Counted from the stretch's first letter, positions 1-10,360 are shown. The stretch is 64,000 bases of DNA from Piromyces finnis finn (GCA_002104945.1 MCFH01000014.1:744001-808000); one strand, 5' to 3'. Program-made: numbers and translations. Notes: a model not told the origin generated them from the sequence alone.

Positions 1-514
1 AAAGAAAATGAGACATAATTTATTTATTAATAATTAAAGTTTAAAACAAAATAAATTATTAATTTATTTTTAATGTTTAACAAGTAAATTAATATTCTCA
101 ATTTAAATCCCTAGTTTTAGTATTGTTTTTTTTATAGAAATAGATAAATAATAAATGATTAATATATCAATAATACATGGGCACATATTCAAATTAAATA
201 GTACTTAATTTGAATTGCCAATTGTATTTTACTAAAAATAGTTATAGTTTAAATATTTATTAATAATTAAGATTTTAGTGTAGATTTTAAATAATAATAT
301 ATAAGAAATAAATAGTTATAATATAATATAAATGTATTTAGGAAAAATATAAATAGAAGATATTTTTCATCATTTTATCGATGTAATTGTTATTATTAAA
401 ATTCTATTATAATAAAAGATATTTTATAAAACAATTTTTTATTTTATTTTTCAAATTTTGTGTTATTGTAATAGAATAGATATCCTAATCTATTCTTTCT
501 GTGTCGCCATTACA
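1..514 (+). repeat. 5' LTR of the chromovirus (partial)
   Basis: Matches 5597-6100 from position 11; ends CGCCATTACA; TATAAATA at 348-355. Confidence 0.95.
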
Positions 515-525
515 ATAACAATTAC
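515..525 (+). promoter_or_regulatory. Primer-binding site complementary to the element's own LTR (self-priming type)
   Basis: ATAACAATTAC directly after the LTR is the reverse complement of GTAATTGTTAT at 383-393. There is no TGG tRNA-type PBS. Confidence 0.8.
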
Positions 526-554
526 CTAACGAAAACCAAGAATACGTTAGGGTA

Positions 555-703
555 TCTACCGCCGAGTAAAAGAAGAAAAAGAAGGAATAACTACTGGGTT
601 GAGTCTACCGCCGAGTAAAAGAAGAAAAAAGAAGGAATAACTACTGGGTTGAAATTGAATCTACCGCCGCCGAGTGGGAAGAAAGGACCAAGAATAACCA
701 TTG
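555..703 (+). repeat. Three ~49-bp tandem repeats in the retrotransposon leader
   Basis: TCTACCGCCGAGTAAAAGAAGAAAAAGAAGGAATAACTACTGGGTTGA at 555-602 and 604-652, with a diverged third copy from 660. Confidence 0.85.
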
Positions 704-923
704 AGGATTGATTAGTAGTACAAAACTTGTTCGACACTGCTTTTTGCAGAACGCGTCTGAATAACTTTTGTATTGTTAGATATACTAAAATTATCTTTTA
801 TAAATAATTAAAAAAAAAAAAAAAAAAAAAAATTACTTACTTGAAATAGTAGTAAGAAAACATTTTATTTATTTTAGTAAGTTGGAGGGTTTAATTAGTG
901 AATTTGAAAATTTGAATTTGGAA

Positions 924-3900
924 ATGGGTGATAGGAATGTGGGTGTTTCCGGGAACTCGGGGAACATTATTAATGCTCCACCGATATTCTCTGGTAAACA
1001 ACGTGAATTAGATGGATTTTTAACTAGAGTGGAGTTGGTATTTCGTACTCGACCGACACTGTACAATACAGATCGAGTCAAGGTCGACTTTGTTATATCA
1101 TACTTCTCTGGTAAACCTTTGGAATGGGCTTCAGTGTTGATGAAGAATAATAGTGGGGTTTTAAACCATTATGATGAATTTGTAGATAGGTTGAAGGCTA
1201 ATTTTGGCAGTTATAGATACGATACCGTTGTAGCTAACGGAAAATTAGATAATCTTCGCCAAAGGAAACTTGGTCAGGTATTAGATTACATTACCGAGTT
1301 TCAACGTATTAGCCAAAATTCAAGCTTTAATGATAGCGCAAAAATCTACATGTTTCTGAAAGGTTTATTACCACCACTTAGGGAGAAGTTGGCTTTCATT
1401 GAATCAAACCCAACTTCAATTGAACAATTGATTTCTTCAACTATTTTAGTTGAAGATATGATGAAAAGGAATTCTTTAAGTGAATTTTATTTTAATGGTA
1501 GAAGGGCTAATGATCCTATGGATGTGGATGTATTTAAAATTAGTAGAGAGAATAAACGAAAAAGGTATGTGAATATTCAAGGATCAAGTAAAAATTACAA
1601 TGAAAACATAGATAACTTTGAAGAAGAAAAGAAAAAAGGGTTATGTTTTCTTTGTAAACAACCGGGACATTTAAAATTTAATTGTCCTAATAGAGTAAAG
1701 CCCAGAAAAGTGTTAAGAATTGTTAAAGAAAGGACTCCAAAAATTGTTAATCCAAAAATTTACAAAGTTGGAGTCAAGGGAGTGAAAAGTGATTTAAACC
1801 TTGTGGACTTTTACTTGAGTACCAATGAAGTTTCGGAAGTTAAAATTAAGGTTTTAATTGATTCCGGTTCTGAATTAAATTTCATTAATCCAAGTCTTGC
1901 TGAAGAACTTGGTATTAATTTGGAAAAAGTGGAACCATTCCGTGTTTCAGGTGTTAGTGATGGAGTTGTTAGTGTTTGGGAAAGGACTGAGAAGTGCATG
2001 CTCCGTTGCAAAAATCACTTCGAAGTAATTCAACTTTATGGATTACAAGTCCCCGGTGTTGATGTTATTCTTGGTTTGCCGTGGATAAAGAAGCATAATC
2101 CAAATGCTTTCTACGACTCTAAGAAAATCGCTTTTAGTTCTGGTTATTGTGCCAGACATTGTAATAAAGGCAAAAGAAAGAGAAAACCAAGAAAGAAGTC
2201 AAAGAATGATCAGTTAGATCATGATGTTCTCGACCGAAGCTTGACCAAAAAGCCGAAAGTAGATCCCTCTGTCCCAAAAAATGAAGAAAAAGAATATGTT
2301 AAAGGCCGCCTTGTTAGAACCATCAATGATGAAGATGATAGCGATGATGAATATATTAGTTTTAATAAAAAAGTTAAATGTATTGTAACAAAAATTAATG
2401 AAACATGTAATAATGATAACGAATCATGTAGTAATAATAATAATAATGGAAAAGATATTAATAAAGATAAATTGGTCGCCGTACCAACCCAATATTTAGA
2501 ATTTAGTGAAGTGTTTAATGAAAAAAATTGTGAAGTGTTACCTCCTCATAGACCTTATGATTGTGAAATCAAACTTAAAGATGATTCGACTTTATTTTAT
2601 GGACCTTTGTATCCATTAACTGAAGTTGAAAGAGAGGAACTTAAAAAATATATTGATGATAATTTAAATAAAGGTTTTATTAGGAAATCATCGTCTCCTG
2701 CTGGTGCCCCAATTTTATTTGTTAAAAAGAAGGATGGCTCCCTAAGACTTTGTATCGATTATAGAAAGTTGAATGATATTACCATTCGTAATTCATATCC
2801 TTTACCTTTAATTAGTGACCTTTTGGATAGGGTGAAAAATGCTAAGATTTTTACTAAATTAGACCTTAAATCCGCTTATAATCTTGTTCGTATTAAAGAA
2901 GGTGACGAATACAAAACGGCTTTTCGTACTAGATATGGACATTTTGAATATCTGGTTATGCCTTTTGGATTAAAGAATGCACCTGCAACTTTTCAACACT
3001 TCATTAACGATGTTCTTAATGATTATTTAGATGATTTTGTTATCTCATATATTGATGATATTCTTATTTATTCTAATAATATCGAAGAACATCATGAGCA
3101 TGTTAAAAAGGTACTTAAGAAACTACTTGAAAATAATCTTTATGTTAAATTAGAAAAATGTGAGTTTGATGTTGAGAAAACCACTTTTCTTGGTTATGTC
3201 ATTTCAAAGGATGGATTGCAAATGGATGAAAATAAAGTTAAAGCAATTCTCAATTGGCCGGTTCCCAAGAATGTTAAAGAGGTTCAGTCTTTTATTGGTT
3301 TATGCAACTATTACAGAATTTTTATTAAAGACTTTGCTAAAATTGCAAACCCTCTTCACAAACTCACTAGAAAGAATGTTGCTTTTAACTGGGTGAAAGA
3401 AGATCAGGACGCTTTTATTTTATTAAAATCTCTGTTCACGTCAGCTCCTATTCTGAAACATGCGGATAGTAATAAACAATTTATTGTAGAAACTGATGCT
3501 AGTAATTATGCTGTCGGTGCTATTCTCTCTCAAGAATTTGATGGCAAATTACATCCTATTGCATTTCTTTCTAAAAGTTTGACGAGTTGTCAAAGAAACT
3601 ATCCTATATATGACAAGGAACTTTTAGCTATTGTAGTTGCTCTTGAAGAATGGCGTCATTATTTAGAAGGTGCACGCCATCCGTTCATAATTTATACTGA
3701 TCACAAGAATTTAACATTTCCTAGAAAACCTGAAATGTTATCTCAGAGACAAATTAGATGGAATTTGTTCTTATCCAGATTTGATTTTAAACTCATTTAT
3801 AGAGCTGGAAAGAAATCCGGTAAGCCTGATATCCTGTCTCGTAGAAGTGATCATGTAGAGAATAATATTAATTCTGATGTTTCTTGTCTTACTATTTCGT

Positions 3901-5474
3901 TTCATCATAGCGATAACAAACCGTTAATCGATTCTATTTTATTAGAACTTAAAAATGACGATTTGTATAATTCTATTGTCCAATTTAAAATGAATGGTTC
4001 TGCATGTAATGCACCTATTAAAAATATTGATAAAGTTATTATTGATAACGAGGGATTTTTGTTATATAATAATCTTATTTATGTTCCTAAATCTCTTAGG
4101 ACAAGAGTTTTGGAACTTCATCATGATTCTGTTGCTGCTGGTCATTTCGGTATTAAGAAAACCACTGAACTGATTTCCAGAAACTTTTGGTGGCCAAGGT
4201 TTCATTCAGACGTTAAATCTTTTATCAAATCTTGCGTGACTTGTTGCAAATCCAAAGTCCCCAGACATAAGCCTTATGGATTGTTATCCCCTTTGGACAC
4301 TCCCAGTAGGCCCTGGTCTGATATTTCTATTGATTTTATTGTTGATCTTCCTAAGTCCAGAGATATGACAACTCTCATGGTTGTTGTCGATAGATTTACT
4401 AAATTTGCTCACGCCATTCCTTTACGTTGTCTTCCTACTGCTTCGATTGCTGCTGATGCTTTTATTGCCAATGTCTTCCGTTTGCATGGTCTTCCTGATT
4501 CCATCATTTCTGATAGAGGCTCGCAATTTACTTCTGACTTTTGGTCAAGACTTTGTGACCTTCTTAATATCAATCATTCATTATCAACTGCCAACCATCC
4601 GCAGACAGATGGTCAAACGGAGAGGGTGAACGGCATATTAGAACAATATTTCCGTTGTTTTATAAATAAAAAGCAGAATAACTGGGTTGATCTTATCCCA
4701 TTTGCTGAATTTGCATATAATAATACTTTACAACAATCTATAAATCAATCTCCATTCTTTGCTAATTATGGTTTTCATCCAAAGTTCAGCTTAGAAATTC
4801 CAGCTAATGATAGACCTAGTAGAGCTGAACAAAGAGTAATTGATATGAATGAAAACTTTAAATTATTAAAAGAAAACTTAGAAAAAGCAAAAGAAACATA
4901 TAAGAAATATGCCGATATGAAGAGAATGATTCCCCCGGAGTTCGAAGTGGGAAAGAAGGTATGGTTATTGAAAGATTCTCCTGGAACTAACCTAAAGAGA
5001 AAATTAGCACCTCAAATGCTTGGCCCATTTGAGATAATTGGAAAAGTTAGTTCTCTCGCTTTCAAATTGAAACTTCCAAAGACAATGAGATGTCATCCAG
5101 TCTTTCATGTTTCATTGTTAGAACCATACTTTGAAAACAAGTTTAACGACAGGTCTAATCGTAGGAAGAGGAACATTCACCTTAACACAGATTTAATTGA
5201 AAAAATTCCAGAGAAAATTGAAAAGATGAAATCTGTTAATGGTGAAACATTTTATAAGTTATCATGGAAAGGATTTGACAAATCCACTTGGATTTCTGAA
5301 GATCAGATTCCAGATAAACAATTAATACAAGAGTTTGAAAGAAACTCTAAAAAGTCAAAATATAAGTCGAACGACTCCTCCATGAAAATTAGAAAGAATA
5401 AAGTTGGTAATCTAATCAAGCACAGATACCAACCATTTGTAATTGAAATTCCTTCGAGAAAAGATTCCTTATAA
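924..5474 (+). CDS. Gag-Pol polyprotein (Gag, CCHC knuckle, aspartic protease, RT, RNase H, integrase, chromodomain-like C-terminus)
   Basis: Open frame 882-5474 with first ATG at 924. Motifs: CFLCKQPGHLKFNC, LIDSGS, YIDDILIYS, ETDASNYAVGAIL, HH..CC zinc finger and DFIVDLP/SDRGSQFTS integrase core, and FYKLSWKGF..STWISE. Confidence 0.96.
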   Translation: MGDRNVGVSGNSGNIINAPPIFSGKQRELDGFLTRVELVFRTRPTLYNTDRVKVDFVISYFSGKPLEWASVLMKNNSGVLNHYDEFVDRLKANFGSYRYDTVVANGKLDNLRQRKLGQVLDYITEFQRISQNSSFNDSAKIYMFLKGLLPPLREKLAFIESNPTSIEQLISSTILVEDMMKRNSLSEFYFNGRRANDPMDVDVFKISRENKRKRYVNIQGSSKNYNENIDNFEEEKKKGLCFLCKQPGHLKFNCPNRVKPRKVLRIVKERTPKIVNPKIYKVGVKGVKSDLNLVDFYLSTNEVSEVKIKVLIDSGSELNFINPSLAEELGINLEKVEPFRVSGVSDGVVSVWERTEKCMLRCKNHFEVIQLYGLQVPGVDVILGLPWIKKHNPNAFYDSKKIAFSSGYCARHCNKGKRKRKPRKKSKNDQLDHDVLDRSLTKKPKVDPSVPKNEEKEYVKGRLVRTINDEDDSDDEYISFNKKVKCIVTKINETCNNDNESCSNNNNNGKDINKDKLVAVPTQYLEFSEVFNEKNCEVLPPHRPYDCEIKLKDDSTLFYGPLYPLTEVEREELKKYIDDNLNKGFIRKSSSPAGAPILFVKKKDGSLRLCIDYRKLNDITIRNSYPLPLISDLLDRVKNAKIFTKLDLKSAYNLVRIKEGDEYKTAFRTRYGHFEYLVMPFGLKNAPATFQHFINDVLNDYLDDFVISYIDDILIYSNNIEEHHEHVKKVLKKLLENNLYVKLEKCEFDVEKTTFLGYVISKDGLQMDENKVKAILNWPVPKNVKEVQSFIGLCNYYRIFIKDFAKIANPLHKLTRKNVAFNWVKEDQDAFILLKSLFTSAPILKHADSNKQFIVETDASNYAVGAILSQEFDGKLHPIAFLSKSLTSCQRNYPIYDKELLAIVVALEEWRHYLEGARHPFIIYTDHKNLTFPRKPEMLSQRQIRWNLFLSRFDFKLIYRAGKKSGKPDILSRRSDHVENNINSDVSCLTISFHHSDNKPLIDSILLELKNDDLYNSIVQFKMNGSACNAPIKNIDKVIIDNEGFLLYNNLIYVPKSLRTRVLELHHDSVAAGHFGIKKTTELISRNFWWPRFHSDVKSFIKSCVTCCKSKVPRHKPYGLLSPLDTPSRPWSDISIDFIVDLPKSRDMTTLMVVVDRFTKFAHAIPLRCLPTASIAADAFIANVFRLHGLPDSIISDRGSQFTSDFWSRLCDLLNINHSLSTANHPQTDGQTERVNGILEQYFRCFINKKQNNWVDLIPFAEFAYNNTLQQSINQSPFFANYGFHPKFSLEIPANDRPSRAEQRVIDMNENFKLLKENLEKAKETYKKYADMKRMIPPEFEVGKKVWLLKDSPGTNLKRKLAPQMLGPFEIIGKVSSLAFKLKLPKTMRCHPVFHVSLLEPYFENKFNDRSNRRKRNIHLNTDLIEKIPEKIEKMKSVNGETFYKLSWKGFDKSTWISEDQIPDKQLIQEFERNSKKSKYKSNDSSMKIRKNKVGNLIKHRYQPFVIEIPSRKDSL

Positions 5475-5510
5475 ATTAATCTCGCAGGAGCTCGACTTAG
5501 AGAGAGAGAT

Positions 5511-6100
5511 TGTAAAGATATCAAACGCCTCTGTTTGATATCTTTAATGTAACTTAAGCCACAAGTATTATTGTTTAAGTTACACAAATTATATTCAGAC
5601 ATAATTTATTTATTAATAATTAAAGTTTAAAACAAAATAAATTATTAATTTATTTTTAATGTTTAACAAGTAAATTAATATTCTCAATTTAAATCCCTAG
5701 TTTTAGTATTGTTTTTTTTATAGAAATAGATAAATAATAAATGATTAATATATCAATAATACATGGGCACATATTCAAATTAAATAGTACTTAATTTGAA
5801 TTGCCAATTGTATTTTACTAAAAATAGTTATAGTTTAAATATTTATTAATAATTAAGATTTTAGTGTAGATTTTAAATAATAATATATAAGAAATAAATA
5901 GTTATAATATAATATAAATGTATTTAGGAAAAATATAAATAGAAGATATTTTTCATCATTTTATCGATGTAATTGTTATTATTAAAATTCTATTATAATA
6001 AAAGATATTTTATAAAACAATTTTTTATTTTATTTTTCAAATTTTGTGTTATTGTAATAGAATAGATATCCTAATCTATTCTTTCTGTGTCGCCATTACA
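5511..6100 (+). repeat. 3' LTR (590 bp)
   Basis: TGTAA...TTACA inverted termini; polypurine tract immediately upstream. Confidence 0.96.
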
Positions 6101-6307
6101 GTTAGCGAATTCTTTATAAAGTATAAAGTAAGTTATTACAATGAAATTAAATTTTTAAGTTCGTTTTCGTATTACTTCAAAATATTTTAATATATTATAT
6201 AATATATTTCTTAATTGTATTTATCTAATTTAATTAATAATATATTATCCTTGAATATATTATATTTATTTAGTTAGTTAATCGAATTTATATTGTATCT
6301 TCATATT

Positions 6308-7566
6308 AAAGAAGTCGACCTGACTCTATCCTTTAAAGAAAAGGTGTCATCGAATTATTTATTTAGTATAAAATTAAATTATTTTAAAAGTAATTTTAAA
6401 TATCAAATCATTTTCTAACTTCATTAAATTAAATTATATATTTCAAATTTTCAAGTTAAATTAATTTATAGTATTTTCAATTTAATTTATTATATACTAT
6501 TTCCCAAAAAGATGTCGATCTGACTCTGTCCTCTAAAAAGGTGTCATCGAAATCTTATTATAATAAAGAATAATTTATTTATTTAACTAACTTTACACAT
6601 TTATTACTTTTACTTTTATTGTAAAATTTTAATTCATTTCTTAATTTTAATTTATTATATACTATATCTAAAAGATGTCGCTCAGACTCTATCCTATCAA
6701 AAGGTGTCGAGCGAGGTCTTTTAAGTATATAATAAATTCATTTCAAATTTACTTATTATATAATCAAATTTTAATTTGTTTTAATTAAATATTCAATTTA
6801 ATTTATTATATACAATATCTAAAGATGTCGCTCAGACTCTATCCTATCAAAAGGTGTCGAGCGAGGTCTTTTATAGTATATAATAAATTTATTTCAATAA
6901 GATAACTTATTCCTCAACTACTTTTAATTAATAAATATCAAAATTTTAATTTTCATATTTCTCAATGTATTTTAAATAAATCTAAAATTATTATATACTA
7001 CGTCTAAAAGATGTCGCTCAGACTCTATCCTATCAAAAGGTGTCGAGCGAGGTCTTTTATAATATATAATAAATATATTTCAATAAAATAACTTTTTCCA
7101 ATAAGTGATATTTACATTTTAATTCACTTATTTCTCAATTTCATTTTAATTAATAAATATCAAAATTTTAATTTTCATACAATATATTTTAAATAATTCT
7201 ATAATTATTATATACCATGTTTAAAAGATGTCGCTCAGACTCTATCCTATCAAACGGTGTCGAGCGAGGTCTTTTAAGTATATAATAAGTTCATTTCAAA
7301 ATAACAATTAATAATTCATTCAAATAAGTGAAATCAACATACTAATTCACTTATTTCTCAATATATTTAAATAATTTTAAAATTTTATTAACTTTTTCTT
7401 AATTTTCTTTCTTTTTAAATAAGTTTTAATTTTTTTACTTTGCAATTAATTTTTTGATTTAATTTACTCTTTTAATTGTATATATCCAATTTAATTTATA
7501 ATATACTATGTATAAAAGATGTCGCTCAGACTCTATCCTATCAAACGGTGTCGAGCGAGTTCTTTT
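6308..7566. repeat. Array of seven ~52-bp GC-rich hairpin cores separated by AT-rich spacers of about 100-240 bp
   Basis: Consensus AAAAGATGTCGCTCAGACTCTATCCTATCAAA(A/C)GGTGTCGAGCGAGGTCTTTT at about 6308, 6506, 6670, 6821, 7006, 7223 and 7514. Confidence 0.93.
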
Positions 7567-7699
7567 TATAGTATATTATAATTAAATTTAATTTTAAAAG
7601 AGTTTCATCAATTTAAAAACAAGAGTATTTCATAAATATATTTCTATTAGTATTACAGATAGATTTTATATATAAAGATTTCATTGTTCCATACAGTAG

Positions 7700-7960
7700 A
7701 GTTACACTTATTCCAATTCCAATATAAAAAGGAAAGTTTCACAGAGTAGAAGTTCCACAAGCAAAGTTCCACGAGATTCGTTCAAAAGAATTCCACGAAG
7801 GAAGGATTTCACAAGGTAGTGTTCCACAAGTAGGTAAAAATTCCACAATTATAGTTCCACAAAGTAGTGTTTCACAAAATTTATTTAGAATTTCACAAAG
7901 TAGGGTAACACAAAATTAATGTTACACTGACAGAAGTTACACCATAAATAGTTCCACAAG
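7700..7960. repeat. Cluster of about 15 short RTT(C/T/A)CAC motifs (TGTGGAA on the element sense strand)
   Basis: GTTCCACAA, ATTCCAC, TTTCACAA and GTTACAC recur every ~14-25 bp. Confidence 0.85.
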
Positions 7961-8913
7961 GTAGGCTACTCAAGTAGACAAAAAAAAATTTCCGAAGAGA
8001 AAAAATTTCCGAAAAGTTCCAAATTTTCTACGGTAGCAATTCCCAATGTTGTAACTTCAGAAAATAAAAATTGTTTTATTATTAAATATAAAACGTGTTT
8101 TTTAATAAGAAAAGGTAATTGTTATTGTAAAAGTATAAAATTTAAAACAGATTTCATACTTAAAACAAAACAATTTTTATTAACACAAAAATAAAAAAAT
8201 AAAACATTAAATTTTTATTTTAAGAAAACATTTTATTTAAACTCTTAAAAATATTATTAGCTATATAATAGTTAATAATTAAAAAATTGAAAATAACAAT
8301 TACATCGATTTAAAAAATAAAAATTACATGTATTTATATTTTTTCATAATTATATTCTAATATATTATTCTATTTAAATAAACATATATTTAATATAAAA
8401 TAAACAAAACTAATTTAATTAAATAATAAAATAACAGAACTAAACTAAACTAATTCATTATACTTTTAATTCAATTTGAGTAAACTCAAAATTGAATAAA
8501 GCCCATGTATTTTCTATAAATTAATTTAATATTATCAATACTATTCTTAATATATTTCCTATTGAAATATAAATAAATCTATTTTTAAAACTAAGTTAAA
8601 ATTATTAAACTATTCTAAATTTAAATAAAAAAGTATAATCTATTCTAAAATTAAATAAAAAGTATTTAAAAAATATTTTAATTATTTTAAATATTTGAAA
8701 TATTTAAATTTAATTAAAATTCTTTTATTCCTTAAATTTAAATATTTATCTTAATTTAAATTTTACGGAATTATTATAAAATAATTTATTATTAAATTAT
8801 TCCATAAAATTTACTCAAAAATTTTATAATCAGTTTTACTAAATATTAATTTATTATTTAATAATTAATAATTAATTATTAAATAATCTAAAGATATATA
8901 TTATATCTTTACA

Positions 8914-9405
8914 ATAGGTCTAACCGTAGGAAGAGAAATATTCAACTTAACACAGATTCAATTGAAAAAATCCAGAGAAAATTGAGAAGATGAAATCTGT
9001 CAATGGTGAAACATTTTATAAGTTATCGTGAAAAGGATTTGACAAATCCACCTGACAATTAGTACAAAAGTTTGAAAGAAACTCTAAAAAGTCAAAACAT
9101 AAGTCGAATGACACCATGAAAATTAGAAAGAATAAAGTTGGTAATTTAATTAAGCATAGATACCAATCATTTGTAATTGAAATTTCTTCGAGAAAAGATT
9201 CCCTATAAATTAATCTCTCAGGAGCTCGACTTAGAGGAGATTGTAAAGATATCAAACTCCTCAACTTGATATCTTTAATGTAACTTAAGCCACAAGTATT
9301 ATTGTTTAGGTTATACAAATTATATTACAGAAAAAGAAAATGAGACATAATTTATTTATTAATAATTAAAGTTTGAAACAAAATAAATTATTAATTTATT
9401 TTATT
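8914..9405 (+). mobile_element. Degenerate 3' fragment of an older chromovirus copy (integrase tail/chromodomain, PPT, start of LTR at 9242)
   Basis: Aligns to about 5150-5650 with deletions and substitutions. Confidence 0.92.
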
Positions 9406-10288
9406 TTTCTAATAAACAATAATTAATAATTAAAAATAATTAATTGACAAACTCTATTTAACTCTTTGTGGTTGTTTATTATAAATCTTTATAATAAACT
9501 CGATAAGTATTTTAATTTTTTAGTTCTTTATTCTAATTCTATATCAAATTATTATAGTATATTATTATATTACTACAATATTGATAATTAATATTATATT
9601 ATAGTAATTTCTTTTAATTATTATAAAAAATTACTACATTTTGGTACAGTGGAAATATTATCTTAATTCTATCATTAAATATAGAAAGTGATAGTATTTG
9701 TATCTAAAATTTAATAAATAATAATAATATAAATTAATTACTAATAACTTGTTTTTCATTATTAATAAAAATAGAATAGAATGTAATTATTTTGTTTAAG
9801 ATATTTATACTAGCATTGTTTTTTTTTTTTTTAATTTATTTAAAAGATTTTATCTTTAAAAGTTTAAATGGCTGAAGAATATGTCAAAAAAAAATTAATA
9901 GTAATAATAATAATAATAATTAATAAACTGAAATAATAAATTATAAATTATCATGGAGAATAAAATTTAAAAATATATCAAATTTATTTTATATATAATA
10001 ATATAATAGCTTATTCTTAACTATTAATTAATGATAAAAATTATGAGACATTAATATTATTTTATTAATTTTATCATCATTATTTTTACTTTATTTTATT
10101 TTATTATTATTATTATTTTATTATTATTATTTTGATATATTACAATATAGCTTTAGGTATTATCTATGATAATTTTTTTTTTTTAAGATATATCCTAATC
10201 TTTTAAAAATTTTTTTTGCTTAAAAATTTATCTTTAAAAGATGTTTTAACCTAACCATAATAGTTGTAAATAAGAAATAAAAACAAAA

Positions 10289-10360
10289 TGGAGAGTGAGT
10301 GATTCGAACACCCAACCTTCCGCTCTGGAGGCGGACGCGCTACCGTTGCGCCAACCCTCC
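10289..10360 (-). tRNA. tRNA-Trp: tRNA-Trp (CCA)
   Basis: Reverse complement GGAGGGTTGGCGCAACGGTAGCGCGTCCGCCTCCAGAGCGGAAGGTTGGGTGTTCGAATCACTCACTCTCCA folds as a cloverleaf with anticodon arm TCCGC-CTCCAGA-GCGGA and a TTCGAAT T-loop. Confidence 0.95.

Larger units (their letters stand above)
1..6100 (+). mobile_element. Full-length Ty3/gypsy LTR retrotransposon (chromovirus, Tf1-like); 5' end of the 5' LTR lies outside the window
   Basis: Direct repeats 11-514 and 5597-6100 look identical by eye. The 3' LTR runs TGTAA(5511)...TTACA(6100) and is preceded by a polypurine tract (5499-5509). The internal ORF has gag-PR-RT-RH-IN order. Confidence 0.97.
6101..8913 (-). mobile_element. Second LTR element, minus strand: 5' LTR (8126-8913) plus non-coding leader, interrupted by the chromovirus
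   Basis: The minus strand reads TGTAAAGATAT from 8913 and ends TTACA at 8126, followed by the same PBS ATAACAATTACC (8125-8114). TATAAATA (8338-8331) and GTAATTGTTAT (8303-8293) are present. No ORF in 6101-8125. Confidence 0.8.

Noticed and set aside
882-923. TTG start of Gag-Pol
   Set aside because: ORF-finder artefact; the first ATG at 924 is more plausible without further evidence.
6670-6722. Hammerhead, twister, pistol or kink-turn match for the hairpin core
   Set aside because: No CUGANGA/GAAA core on either strand, and the tandem G-A pairs of a k-turn are incomplete. A covariance-model search is still advisable.
6308-7566. CRISPR array interpretation of the hairpin repeats
   Set aside because: Eukaryotic context, no cas genes, ~52-bp repeats, and spacers that are long, variable in length and share sequence blocks, which indicates duplication rather than acquisition.
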